DNA from: an uncultured Rhodospirillales bacterium
Lineage (GTDB): Bacteria; Pseudomonadota; Alphaproteobacteria; Rhodospirillales; JAPHRK01
DNA length: 61,401 bases
NCBI GenBank assembly: GCA_965368335.1
Contig: CBDUMN010000006.1
Coordinates: 1 to 61,401 of the forward strand
Reading direction: 5' to 3'
Shown here one piece after another: positions 25,752-35,887 of the stretch. Both the position numbers and the translations under genes were made by a program. The notes beneath the pieces are model-generated. The model was not told the origin of the DNA. It worked only from the letters and a program-made list of their open reading frames with translations, and did no database searches. The stretch's first letter is position 1. Each line of letters opens with the position of its first letter.

Positions 25752-28667
25752 ATGGATGACGAAAAGACGGCTCTTGGTGTTGATGGTGAAAAACGGAAAA
25801 CTCCGCCTAATTTCGTTGGCAGCCGCACCTTCATGGCCGTGGTCGCATTTTTACTATGCGGCATACTTGCCCTATCCATTGGCGGTATAGCGGCGCTTGG
25901 CTTTTTCAACATTACGGCTTTAGAGAAAACCGAACGCTATTGGACGGAATTTGCCGACGTTACCAAGCCAAAAATTCAGGCGATTGAAGACATTCACGAT
26001 TCGCTTGGATATGGCGGACTGATCCATAATTTTAAGAATTTTGTGCTCCGTCAGGACACAGCGCTAATCGGTGTGATAGAGCGCGATTTTGCACATGTTT
26101 ATGAAGCCATAGCGAGATTTTGGGCTTCAAATCCTTCGTCTGCCGAGCGGCAGGCGCTTACCGGTCTGGAAGTGACGGTCAAGGAGTATGAAGCGAAATT
26201 TGAGATCGCGAAGCAGGCGGTCAGGGAAAACTGGACCGTTCAGCAGATGGACTCTTCTGTCCGGGTCGATGATACCGAGGCATTGGTTGCCTTGGATATA
26301 TTGCGACAGTCTGTTTTTGGAAGTCGTGACCGAACGGTTCGGATAACGACCGATACGGTGGGGAAAACCAGACAAAGCGTCAATTGGTCTTTCTTAATGA
26401 TCCCTATTCTCGTGGTGGTGGGGTCCGGGATTGTCTGGTTTTTTATTTTGCTATGGGAAACCAATCGTGAACGGGATGAAATACATGGTCAGCTTAAGAA
26501 AAGCGAGGAGCGGCTAGCTTCTGCATTGGATGGTGCGGGGGAAGGATACTGGGATTGGGATATCGTTGGCCAGAAACTCTATGTCAGTGACCGTCTCCAG
26601 CAGATCATTGGCTATGCTTCAGGGGCGATTTGGGTTCCCGTAGAATCCTGGCGGAAAAATGTTCACCCGGATGACCGGGCTGCCTTCGATAAGACCTTGA
26701 CCGATCTGATCAAAAAACAAATTGATCGTTGCGTTTTTGAATTGCGTCTACGTGGACGCAATGGTGAGTGGGTCTGGACCTTGATGCGCGGGCGTGTTGT
26801 TGAGTGGGATGAAAGAGGTCGGGCGGTTCGTGCTTGTGGCGGCTTGACCGACATTTCGCAGCGCAAAGAAGCTGAGTTTGCAGCCTATGAAAACCGTCGG
26901 ACTCTTCTCGATGCCATCGAAGCGCTACCCGATGCCTTCGTTCTCTACGATGCAGATGACCGGCTGGTTATCTGTAATGAAAACTACCGTTCGTTCTATC
27001 CAAAAAGTGCGGCGATTATTGAGCCGGGCCGGACCTTTGAAGAGATCATTCGCTATGGGGTTGAGCGAGGCGAGTATGTCGTGGCGGGCGAGACAAAAGC
27101 GGAGCAAGAAGCCTGGGTCGCCATGCGAATGGAGAAACATCGCAACCCCAGTGGTGAAGTTCTCGAACAACACTTGTCCGATGGGCGATGGCTGCGAATA
27201 TCCGAAGAGAACACTTCTAATGGCGGAACGGTTGGTTTCCGTGTCGATATTAGTGAGTTGATGAACCAGAAGAAACAGCTTGAGGAGAATGAGCGCCGCT
27301 TAAGTATCTATGTTGCAGAAATTGAACAATCCCGCGACCTTTTGGAGCAACAAGCGACTGAAATGACCGAATTGGCTGAGCGCTATGCTATTGAAAAAGA
27401 ACGCGCCGAGGCTGCCGATCAGAGTAAATCGGAGTTTCTCGCCACCATGAGTCATGAAATTCGCACCCCTATGGCCGGGGTGTTGGGGATGGTCGAGGCG
27501 TTGCTGGAAAGCGACCTCAATGCGTTGCAAAAAACACAGGCGGAGATGGTTCGGGAATCGGGGCTTGCCTTGATGGATATCCTCAACGACATACTCGACC
27601 TCTCTAAACTTGAAGCCGGGCGATTTGAGGTCGAGACTATCGATTTCGATCTACGTGATTCCATTCACAAGGTGGTTGATTTGCTTGGCGGCAAGGCCAG
27701 TGAAAAACACTTGACGTTAAAAGCTGAGATTCCTAACACCCTGCCTGTTGAGGTGAGGGGCGACCCTAGTCGGCTGCGCCAGATTTTGCTGAATTTGGTG
27801 GGTAACGCTATTAAGTTTACCCACGAAGGGGCGATTGTTGTCGGCGTTTCGGCCCAAAAGACGAAAGAGACCCCAAATTATTATTGTTTTGAGGTGACCG
27901 ATACGGGGATTGGCATCAGTAAAGAGGTCAAACATTCGTTGTTCGCCGATTTCACCCAAGCCGATTCATCGATCAGTCGTAAATTTGGCGGTACCGGTCT
28001 GGGGCTTTCCATCTCCAAACGGTTGACCGAATTGATGGGGGGAGAAATTGGAGTGAAAAGTGTGGAAGGAGAAGGGAGCACTTTTTGGTTCACTTTGCCG
28101 TTGCGCCAGGCGGATAGGCCGATTGTTCGTGAATTCCAAAGTCGAAAAACAGTTCAATTCAAAGCTGCCAAAGCTCTCCATATTTTGGTTGCCGACGACA
28201 ATCATGTCATTCAGGCGATTATTGGCGACGTGCTTAAGAAGCAGGGGCACCGTTTGGTTTTTGCCGACACGGGGGTGGAGGCTCTTGAAGAATTGGAAAA
28301 TGGGACTTTCGATTGTGTGATTATGGATATGCGTATGCCTGAAATGGATGGCGCGACGGCAACGCGGGAAATTAGAAAAATGTCCTCCGGTATTTCGAAT
28401 ATCCCAATTCTCGCCTGCACAGCCGATGCAATGACCGATCATCAGCAAAAATTCTTTGAAGCCGGGGTCAATGCCTGTCTGGTAAAACCGATCAACAAGA
28501 CCGAACTATTGGAGAAAATCAACGAGGTCATGGGGAAAGAGGTTCACGTTGTAATTGAAGGTGGGGCCGATGAGGCGGGACCGGATGCTGAAGAAGAAAT
28601 GGTTGCGGAAGACGACGAAGATATCGCAAATTTCCTGACAAGCTTGGACCAAGCCTCAAAAGGATAG
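25752..28667 (+). CDS. Hybrid sensor histidine kinase (periplasmic domain, 2 PAS, HisKA, HATPase, REC)
   Basis: Two TMs; FLATMSHEIRTP; NLVGNAIKFT; DTGIG; GGTGLGL; MDMRMPEMDG. Start uncertain (ORF from 25740). Confidence 0.95.
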   Translation: MDDEKTALGVDGEKRKTPPNFVGSRTFMAVVAFLLCGILALSIGGIAALGFFNITALEKTERYWTEFADVTKPKIQAIEDIHDSLGYGGLIHNFKNFVLRQDTALIGVIERDFAHVYEAIARFWASNPSSAERQALTGLEVTVKEYEAKFEIAKQAVRENWTVQQMDSSVRVDDTEALVALDILRQSVFGSRDRTVRITTDTVGKTRQSVNWSFLMIPILVVVGSGIVWFFILLWETNRERDEIHGQLKKSEERLASALDGAGEGYWDWDIVGQKLYVSDRLQQIIGYASGAIWVPVESWRKNVHPDDRAAFDKTLTDLIKKQIDRCVFELRLRGRNGEWVWTLMRGRVVEWDERGRAVRACGGLTDISQRKEAEFAAYENRRTLLDAIEALPDAFVLYDADDRLVICNENYRSFYPKSAAIIEPGRTFEEIIRYGVERGEYVVAGETKAEQEAWVAMRMEKHRNPSGEVLEQHLSDGRWLRISEENTSNGGTVGFRVDISELMNQKKQLEENERRLSIYVAEIEQSRDLLEQQATEMTELAERYAIEKERAEAADQSKSEFLATMSHEIRTPMAGVLGMVEALLESDLNALQKTQAEMVRESGLALMDILNDILDLSKLEAGRFEVETIDFDLRDSIHKVVDLLGGKASEKHLTLKAEIPNTLPVEVRGDPSRLRQILLNLVGNAIKFTHEGAIVVGVSAQKTKETPNYYCFEVTDTGIGISKEVKHSLFADFTQADSSISRKFGGTGLGLSISKRLTELMGGEIGVKSVEGEGSTFWFTLPLRQADRPIVREFQSRKTVQFKAAKALHILVADDNHVIQAIIGDVLKKQGHRLVFADTGVEALEELENGTFDCVIMDMRMPEMDGATATREIRKMSSGISNIPILACTADAMTDHQQKFFEAGVNACLVKPINKTELLEKINEVMGKEVHVVIEGGADEAGPDAEEEMVAEDDEDIANFLTSLDQASKG

Positions 28668-28703
28668 GGCTTGCGGAAAACTGCAAAACAGTGGGATGAG
28701 GTC

Positions 28704-29213
28704 ATGTCTGATCGTGAAAATAGGGGGCCGGATTCGGGCTTTGAGGTCATTAAACCTCCAGATACACTATCCGCGCGAGTTAAGTTAAATGGGCCCAATG
28801 CTGTAAAAACGGAAGGCCTTGAGATGAGCGATGATGGATTTATCGAAAAGGTGGCCGCCAATTATCTTGAGTATTTCAAGAAAGACCTGAAAATGCTCTC
28901 GACGGCTTTTGTTCAGCTATCCAAATCTCCGGAGAATAAAGAAGCGAGAGAGGCGGTTTTTAACGCTTCCCACGATATCAAAGGTCAGGCGGGCAGTTTT
29001 GGCTATGATCTGATCACCGATATTGCAAACCACCTTTGCCGTTTTCTTGAAAAGATCGACGTTATTGAGAAAAAACATTTAGACGTTATCGGTTTCCATG
29101 TCGAAGCCATGAAAATCGCCGAAGCCAAGAATATGAAGGGCAACGGTGGGCCTGCGGGGCAGAAGTTGCTGGATGGTTTGAGGGGTGTCGTTGCCAAACT
29201 TGGAGCGACCTGA
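28704..29213 (+). CDS. Hpt domain phosphotransfer protein
   Basis: SHDIKGQAGSFGY motif. Confidence 0.85.
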   Translation: MSDRENRGPDSGFEVIKPPDTLSARVKLNGPNAVKTEGLEMSDDGFIEKVAANYLEYFKKDLKMLSTAFVQLSKSPENKEAREAVFNASHDIKGQAGSFGYDLITDIANHLCRFLEKIDVIEKKHLDVIGFHVEAMKIAEAKNMKGNGGPAGQKLLDGLRGVVAKLGAT

Positions 29214-29238
29214 AGCTTTAAGCAAAGGGTAGAGCATT

Positions 29239-29769
29239 ATGCAAGATGAGAGGCTCTTTCGGGCTAGGAGGGTGCTGGATATCCTCGTGGCCGAAGACAG
29301 TCCGATCATACAGGCGATTCTTCTGCGATTTCTGACAGGCTTGGGGCATCGGGTCGTTACCGTAGAAAATGGACGTGAAGCCGTTGGGGCCGTTGGGGCT
29401 AAAGACTTCGATGTGGTCCTAATGGATATCCGGATGCCCGAAATGGACGGTATGGCGGCTACTCGCTCTATTCGCGGCACACCCACCGATGCGGCTCTAA
29501 CGCCAATCATCGCCTGCTCGGCGGATTCTTCGGAAGAAAAAGTGGCTGAGTTTCTTGAAGCCGGGATGAATGCCTGTATCGACAAACCGGTCGATAAAGC
29601 CGCCCTTTTGGCTTGTATAGACCGTGTCTTGGCAGAGGAAATCCATGAGGTGCTGCCGGAAGGAGAAAAGAAAATAAGTACAGCGGTAGAAGGGGGGAGG
29701 CAAATCAATGAGGATGACTCCGATGTCGCGGCGTTTCTTGAGAAAATCGAAATGGCGGATGGCGATTAA
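29239..29769 (+). CDS. Single-domain response regulator with acidic tail
   Basis: ILVAED, MDIRMPEMDG, DKP. Confidence 0.9.
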   Translation: MQDERLFRARRVLDILVAEDSPIIQAILLRFLTGLGHRVVTVENGREAVGAVGAKDFDVVLMDIRMPEMDGMAATRSIRGTPTDAALTPIIACSADSSEEKVAEFLEAGMNACIDKPVDKAALLACIDRVLAEEIHEVLPEGEKKISTAVEGGRQINEDDSDVAAFLEKIEMADGD

Positions 29770-29793
29770 CGCCGTTGTATTAAAGGGGAAAGT

Positions 29794-30303
29794 TTGAGCG
29801 ACGACGATTTGCAAGAAGGGGCTTTTGAAGTCATCAGGGTGCCGGATATCGTGTCCGGGCGCGTGGAGCTCAATGGCCCCAATGCTGTTGATGTGGACGC
29901 TCTCGATCAGATGGATGCGTTATTCATTGAAAAAATATCGAATAACTATCTGATGTTTTTTCACGATGATCTGGAAGCCTTGAAAGCCGCTTTTTCAGCC
30001 TTAAGCGAGGATCGTCAAAACCGGGAGAGAATAGAGCACCTCTATACCATCTCTCACGATATCAAAGGTCAGGCAGGAAGCTTTGGCTTCGATCTGATTA
30101 CCGCGATTGCCGACCTGCTATGTTCAAGCATCGAAGATATGGATGAAATTGGCGATAAACAGCTCGAAATCATTGGGTTTCATGTTGAAGCCATGCGGAT
30201 TGCCGAAATGAAAAAAATGAAAGGAATGGGCGGTCCTGCCGGTGAAAAACTACTGACGGGTTTGCGAGGGGTTGTCTCGAAGATAATGCGGCCTACTCAG
30301 TAA
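29794..30303 (+). CDS. Hpt domain protein (paralogue of 28704-29213)
   Basis: SHDIKGQAGSFGF; AAGGGG SD before a TTG start. Confidence 0.85.
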   Translation: MSDDDLQEGAFEVIRVPDIVSGRVELNGPNAVDVDALDQMDALFIEKISNNYLMFFHDDLEALKAAFSALSEDRQNRERIEHLYTISHDIKGQAGSFGFDLITAIADLLCSSIEDMDEIGDKQLEIIGFHVEAMRIAEMKKMKGMGGPAGEKLLTGLRGVVSKIMRPTQ

Positions 30304-30329
30304 CTCTCAACGGGCATCCCGGCTTTTAA

Positions 30330-30836
30330 TTATTCCGGCGCTTCTTTTCGTCGTTCCTTGCCGGCGTATAGCTTGTCGTCCCGTCTACGGCGGTCAGGAC
30401 CAAAGAACCTTCTGGTTTTGATGAAATCGCGGTGGTTGTTGATGATGCTTACAATCCGCCTGTATAGCGCTTTTGGCGAAATAGGCTTGGCGAGAAATTC
30501 GTGTATTCCTGCATCACGCGCTTCGATGACCCGACCGTATTCGGTATGACCTGTCAGCATGATAATCGGAATATAGGGGTTGTTTAAATCTGATGCCTTG
30601 CGAACCATTCGTGTGAACTCGATACCGTCCAGGGGGGACATATTCCAATCGCATATTACGATATCGAACGAAAACTGCTTGAGCATCTTGAGAGCCTCGG
30701 CTCCATCTATCGCTTGTTTGGTATCGCGAATGCCGAGAGCGCGAAGGGCCTCTTGAATGATGGCTTGCATGTTCTTGTTGTCATCAACAACGAGAACCCG
30801 AAGCTCAGATAGGTCGTAAGAGGGGGTGTCGGGCAT
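30330..30836 (-). CDS. CheY-like response regulator with an Arg-rich tail (Cle type, c-di-GMP-binding motif)
   Basis: REC domain (VVDD, CDWNM, AKP) plus tandem FFGPDRR / YAGKERR motifs. Confidence 0.85.
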   Translation of the reverse strand: MPDTPSYDLSELRVLVVDDNKNMQAIIQEALRALGIRDTKQAIDGAEALKMLKQFSFDIVICDWNMSPLDGIEFTRMVRKASDLNNPYIPIIMLTGHTEYGRVIEARDAGIHEFLAKPISPKALYRRIVSIINNHRDFIKTRRFFGPDRRRRDDKLYAGKERRKEAPE

Positions 30837-30930
30837 TGAAAGACCTAAAAGAAGTCACATAATTCGTTTTCGTCGACTGCTCTAAAAAGCCGCCGTTGAT
30901 TATTGATAATGGGCGAAAAACGTTATTTTC

Positions 30931-31626
30931 TCAATAAAAGTGAAAGAGCAGGAATTTTGTATCTTCCTCGGCTGATAGTGTAAGTGTTGTTTCATCTTTA
31001 GCAGCCGCTCCATCTCCAGCCATTAGAGTGTGGCCGTTGAGGGTTAAGACACCTTCGATCATTTGGAGCCAAGCCGAACTATTTTCAAGTTCGTGCGATA
31101 GCCGCTTGCCTGCGGATAGCTGCGAGGCATAAAGATCAACGGACTGATGGATCGTCACCGAGCCTTGGCGACCGTCCCGTGATGCGATGAGACGAAGCTT
31201 GTTCTTTTTTTCCTGTTCTTCAAAACGCGCTTCCTGGTAGCCGGGGGCAAGCTCTTCCTTTTCGGGGAGTATCCATATTTGCAGCAAATGGACGGGCTCT
31301 TTGTCTGATGCATTGAACTCGCTGTGGCGAATGCCGGTGCCTGCGGTCATTCTCTGGACGTCGCCAGGGCGGATCACCGAGCCGTTTCCCATGCTGTCCC
31401 GGTGCTCCAAAGCTCCGTTGATAACATAGGTGATAATTTCCATGTTTTCGTGGCCGTGCGTCGGGAAGCCAGCCCCCGGTAGAATGCGATCCTCATTGAT
31501 GACCCGCAAAGGGCCGAACCCCATATGCTTGGGGTCATAGTAGTGGGCAAAGGAAAAACTATGCTTGGTGTCTAGCCAACCGTGGTTGAATCCGCCTCGG
31601 TCTTCTGCTTTGCGTAGTGCGATCAT
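30931..31626 (-). CDS. Pirin family protein (YhhW-like)
   Basis: HSFSF, LRVINED, THGHENMEI, MTAGTGIRHSEFN. Confidence 0.95.
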   Translation of the reverse strand: MIALRKAEDRGGFNHGWLDTKHSFSFAHYYDPKHMGFGPLRVINEDRILPGAGFPTHGHENMEIITYVINGALEHRDSMGNGSVIRPGDVQRMTAGTGIRHSEFNASDKEPVHLLQIWILPEKEELAPGYQEARFEEQEKKNKLRLIASRDGRQGSVTIHQSVDLYASQLSAGKRLSHELENSSAWLQMIEGVLTLNGHTLMAGDGAAAKDETTLTLSAEEDTKFLLFHFY

Positions 31627-31736
31627 GTGCTCTTTCCTCAAAACTGCTTGGCGTATCCATGCCGTCGTTGTTGAGAAAAAGATGGGAGCTCACCTTTTTA
31701 AAGGCAATCCTTCACTCGGTTGACTAATTGTTTCCG

Positions 31737-32291
31737 TTAGGTTGACGGTTGAGCGTTGAGACTTTCGGTCATTCGGCGAACAGCCTCTTCAAAATGGCTA
31801 GCGGGGCCTCTGCCGTACTCTTTGGCTGAGGTGGTAATCATGAGATTTTCAGGGAGGCCGAAGTCTTCCACCTCAATGCCCGAGGGATCGCGCCATACAC
31901 CATCATCGCCCTTTCGTAAATTTCCGCCATAAGCGCCGGAAACCCGGACCAGATAGTCTCTATCATCCGTCGTCCAGGTAACGACGGGCAAACCTTTGGC
32001 GATAGCGTATCCAATCTCGAACGCCGTGCCCGGGTCCATGGCGACGCCGCGGAAAGGGGAGATGTTGGCGATCAGTCCTTGGGCGCTATCGATCAGGGCG
32101 GCATTGCGCTCATAGATGGTTCGGGCCCGATCAATCTTTGTGAGCCCTTCGGGAAGAGGGTTGCCGTCAAGCGGTGTAATCCCTTCAAGGCCGTGAGATT
32201 GGCAAATGGACCGCATGTCGGCAAAGTCCTTGGCGGCCTCGAAGAAAAAAATATCAGGCCCAGCCAGATAGATGCGTGGTTTTTCAATCAT
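31737..32291 (-). CDS. Nucleoside 2-deoxyribosyltransferase family protein
   Basis: IYLAGPD, DPGTAFEIGYA, NLMI. Confidence 0.9.
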   Translation of the reverse strand: MIEKPRIYLAGPDIFFFEAAKDFADMRSICQSHGLEGITPLDGNPLPEGLTKIDRARTIYERNAALIDSAQGLIANISPFRGVAMDPGTAFEIGYAIAKGLPVVTWTTDDRDYLVRVSGAYGGNLRKGDDGVWRDPSGIEVEDFGLPENLMITTSAKEYGRGPASHFEEAVRRMTESLNAQPST

Positions 32292-32300
32292 GAGAATAAA

Positions 32301-33185
32301 TCAAGCTGATTCCGGTGTTTTGTCAATAAGGCCTTTGTCGGATGTTCGGAAATGAATGATCGCTACGCCCGAAAGCGTCATCAGGCCGCCAATGATGAAA
32401 CGCAGAGACAGCGGTTCGGAGAACAGTAAAACTCCGAACGTAACTCCAAATACCGGCGCAAGCAGACCCAGGGGCAGCAGTAGATTGACTGGATAGCGCT
32501 GCAGTAGATGAAACCAGCTTGAATGGGCAATGATTGTGGTGACGAGGGCGGCGAAGATCAACGAACCGAAAATCTTGATATCGGCCGTCATCAGGGCGTC
32601 CCACTGTCCTTCTTCAAGCCAGAAGGACAGGATAAATACCTGGGGGGCGCAGATAACGCCAATCCAGGCTTGTAATTCAAACGTGCCGACTCCCTTGATT
32701 CGGTGCATTTGGATCAGGCCGATCGACATAGCGAAGGCGGCGACGGCGACCAGACCGACGGCTTCCAGATAGTTGAAGACCACCGGGTCGAAGCCCAGGA
32801 CCATTACCCCGGCAAACGACAGCCCGAGAGCGACAATGCGATGCCATCCAACGCTTTCCTTAAGGAAAACGATGCTGAGCAAAAGGGAAAAGGGAGCGAT
32901 AAGCTGAATGGTGATCGCCACGGCTGAAACGCCACCTGCCTGCTGAATGCCGAGATAAAGGAAGACGAAATGAAGCGTACCGACGGTCATGGCGATGCCG
33001 AAGATTTCCTTGCCGCGCCCGGCCAATGGTTTTAGTGCCGCACCGAGCACCAGGGCGACAAGGGTAAAGCGCAGCGCCGTGAAAAACAGGGGCGGGAAAT
33101 GCCCGACGCCGATTTTTGCCGTAATAAAGGAAAAGCCCCAGATCACGTTGCAAAGAACCGCAAGAGCAATGTGAGCTGGAGCCAT
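32301..33185 (-). CDS. EamA/DMT family transporter
   Basis: About 10 TMs; IWGFSF, ALRF, FLKE. Confidence 0.92.
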   Translation of the reverse strand: MAPAHIALAVLCNVIWGFSFITAKIGVGHFPPLFFTALRFTLVALVLGAALKPLAGRGKEIFGIAMTVGTLHFVFLYLGIQQAGGVSAVAITIQLIAPFSLLLSIVFLKESVGWHRIVALGLSFAGVMVLGFDPVVFNYLEAVGLVAVAAFAMSIGLIQMHRIKGVGTFELQAWIGVICAPQVFILSFWLEEGQWDALMTADIKIFGSLIFAALVTTIIAHSSWFHLLQRYPVNLLLPLGLLAPVFGVTFGVLLFSEPLSLRFIIGGLMTLSGVAIIHFRTSDKGLIDKTPESA

Positions 33186-33212
33186 TTTCGTTATCAGTAG
33201 GGTTGCGTCTCC

Positions 33213-34028
33213 TTAGTGGGAGAGCAGAACCGGTAAGGTCATGTGTTGAAGGATATAACGGGTGCCGCTGCCTCGACTTAGGTTGAGGAAGCCGTAATTG
33301 CCATGGGCGCCCATAACCAACAGGTCGTAGGCTTCTTCCGCCGCCGTCGAGAGGACCATGTCCATGACGCCGATATTTTCAATCACCATTTTTTTCGTCT
33401 GGGCCTCAACGCCGTGGCAGGCGAGATGAGCATGTACGGCGTCAATGCCCGTATCGGGGCCGTGGCCCTGCTGGTCGAGAGCGAAAATGGTCGCCTTTTT
33501 TGAATTCACGATGAGAGGCAGGGCGTCGTTCAACGCCCGTGCGGCTTCACGCCCGCCGTTCCAGGCAATCAGCGTACGGTTGCCGATGGTCGGAAAACTG
33601 CCGGTGAAGGGGATGACCAGTATGGGGCGTCCTGCATTCAGCACGACTTGCTCCGGCAGGTCTTCAGGTAAAGTCCCGCCAGCGCTTTCCCGGTCGTGCT
33701 GGCCGAGAATAGAAAGATCGGCATTGCGAGCGGCAACAATCATATCGCGGGAAACTTCGCCATAGTGGCTGCGAGGAGAAGAAACCCAACGGCTTTTAAC
33801 GCCTGCGCTTTCTACAGCGGCAGTGAAGGTCTTTTCGACCTCGGCAGCCTGAGCGAGCAGTTCATCCGATACTTTGCGGGCCGGAACAGCACCGGGATTA
33901 TATTCGGCTTGGCAAAAGAAGCCGGTCAACTGGGCGTCATGGGCTTGAGCGATGGCGATAGCCGATTTAAGGCGTTCTTCGGTCCGCCCACTGCTATCCA
34001 TGTGTACCAGGATATTCTTATAGCTCAT
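33213..34028 (-). CDS. Universal stress protein (tandem USP domains)
   Basis: YKNILVH, AWNGGREAARA, LLVMGAHG, PVLLSH. Confidence 0.92.
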   Translation of the reverse strand: MSYKNILVHMDSSGRTEERLKSAIAIAQAHDAQLTGFFCQAEYNPGAVPARKVSDELLAQAAEVEKTFTAAVESAGVKSRWVSSPRSHYGEVSRDMIVAARNADLSILGQHDRESAGGTLPEDLPEQVVLNAGRPILVIPFTGSFPTIGNRTLIAWNGGREAARALNDALPLIVNSKKATIFALDQQGHGPDTGIDAVHAHLACHGVEAQTKKMVIENIGVMDMVLSTAAEEAYDLLVMGAHGNYGFLNLSRGSGTRYILQHMTLPVLLSH

Positions 34029-34087
34029 AGATTTCGTTCCTTGTGTGGTCCGCAAGAGGTTCGAATTGTAAGGAAGAAGCGATTAAA

Positions 34088-35887
34088 TCAAAACCATTCT
34101 TCTCGCATCTCCAAGCATGTTTCATCAAACCGTTGCAGGAGGTGGCATCCCTGGGCGATTTTAGGAAGCTCCCAACGGAAAAAATACTGACAGGCCTGAA
34201 GTTTGCCGCGATAAAATGCTTCTTCTTCTGCAGAATCGACTTGTGCGTTTGCTGCGGCAATTCCCTGCTGTAACCATATCCAGGCGACGACCAGATGGCC
34301 GAAAACGTCGAGATAGACTGCAGAGTTCGCCAAAAAGAGATCGATATTCCCCTTAGCCGCCTCGTCGGTCAGGGTTTGGGTCGTTTGAGAAACCTGACCT
34401 AAGGCGTCTTCCAGAATTTCGGCGAAAGGCTTGATCGTTTCGTTGGCTTGAGCCGCAACCACGGTTTTCATGATTTCGGCCGACAGCAACTTGAACGCCG
34501 CGCCGTTTTTCATGGTCACTTTACGGCCCAGTAAGTCCAATGACTGAATGCCGTGGGTGCCTTCATGGATGGGATTGAGGCGGTTATCCCGGTAAAGTCG
34601 TTCAACCGGATATTCCCGAGTATAGCCGTAACCGCCCAATACCTGGATGGCCAAAGCATTGGCTTCGAGGCAATAGACCGATGGCCAGGATTTGACGATG
34701 GGGGTTAAGATTTCAAGCAGTAGGCGGTTTTTTTCTTCCTCTGCCTCGGTCGTTGCGGTTTCTAGCCGATCCACCAACTTTGACGCATAGAGCGCCAGAG
34801 CCAGCCCGCCCTCCACGTAGGACTTAGAGGCCAGCAGCATTCGTTTGATATCCGTGTGCTCAATAATCCTGATTTGTGGATCATTGGGGCTTTTGTTCTG
34901 TGCGTGCCGTCCCTGGGGGCGTTCTTTAGCGTACTCAAGGGCATTGAGATACCCGGAATAGCCGAGGACCACCGCGCCGACGCCGACGCCGATACGGGCC
35001 TCATTCATCATCTGGAACATATAGCCGAGCCCCTTATGGGGTTCACCGACCAGATAGCCGACCGCGCCGCCCTTTTCGCCGAAATTGAGCATGGTCGAGG
35101 TGGTGCCGCGATAACCCATTTTATGAATGAGACCGGCCAGCGCCACGTCGTTGCGTTCGCCCAGGCTGCCATCGTCGTTGACCAGGAATTTCGGCACGAT
35201 GAAGAGTGAAATTCCTTTGACGCCCGGCGGTGCGTCTTTGATGCGGGCAAGTACCAAGTGAACGATATTTTCAGCCAGTTCGTGATCGCCGGCCGAGATG
35301 AAAATCTTGTTCCCTGTGAGCCAATAGCTACCGTCTTCCTGTGGGGTTGCGGTGGTTTTGATGTCTGAAAGAGAAGACCCCGCCTGAGGCTCGGTAAGCG
35401 CCATGGTCCCCATGAAACGCCCAGTCAACTGCGGCTCCATGAACAGACGTTTCTGCTCGTCGGTACCGAAATTTTTGATCACATTGACGTTTGCCCCGCT
35501 TAAAAAAGGGTAGGCCGTGGTGCCGACATTGGCTGCGGTAAAGAGACCTTTGATGGCAGTGGAAACCATGTGGGGGAGTTGCATGCCGCCCATGGCGTAT
35601 TCGTGGGGCGCAGCGAGAAAACCGGCTTCATAATAATGATCCAGCGCCTGTTTGACCTCGGGTCGCATGGAGACAACGCCGTTTTCAAAGGTTGGTTCCT
35701 CTTCATCGACGGCAGCGGCATGAGGAAGAAAGTGATCTTCGGCGATTTTTTGGGCCGTATCGAGCACAGCTTCGAGGGTTTCCCGATCATGGTCGGCATA
35801 ATGCTCTTGCTCAGTTAGCGCCAGAACATCAAAAACCTCATAGAGCAAAAACGACAAGTCACGTCGGTTGGTGATGGTCGATCCCAT
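34088..35887 (-). CDS. Acyl-CoA dehydrogenase (long, DmdC-like size class)
   Basis: 599 aa; MALTEPQAGS, GNKIFIS, QVLGGYGY, IHEGT. Confidence 0.93.
   Translation of the reverse strand: MGSTITNRRDLSFLLYEVFDVLALTEQEHYADHDRETLEAVLDTAQKIAEDHFLPHAAAVDEEEPTFENGVVSMRPEVKQALDHYYEAGFLAAPHEYAMGGMQLPHMVSTAIKGLFTAANVGTTAYPFLSGANVNVIKNFGTDEQKRLFMEPQLTGRFMGTMALTEPQAGSSLSDIKTTATPQEDGSYWLTGNKIFISAGDHELAENIVHLVLARIKDAPPGVKGISLFIVPKFLVNDDGSLGERNDVALAGLIHKMGYRGTTSTMLNFGEKGGAVGYLVGEPHKGLGYMFQMMNEARIGVGVGAVVLGYSGYLNALEYAKERPQGRHAQNKSPNDPQIRIIEHTDIKRMLLASKSYVEGGLALALYASKLVDRLETATTEAEEEKNRLLLEILTPIVKSWPSVYCLEANALAIQVLGGYGYTREYPVERLYRDNRLNPIHEGTHGIQSLDLLGRKVTMKNGAAFKLLSAEIMKTVVAAQANETIKPFAEILEDALGQVSQTTQTLTDEAAKGNIDLFLANSAVYLDVFGHLVVAWIWLQQGIAAANAQVDSAEEEAFYRGKLQACQYFFRWELPKIAQGCHLLQRFDETCLEMREEWF

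Noticed and set aside
22050-32291. dCMP deaminase and nucleoside deoxyribosyltransferase as nucleotide-depletion defence genes
   Set aside because: Both are short single-domain enzymes, 9 kb apart, with no kinase fusion and no defence-island or mobile context.
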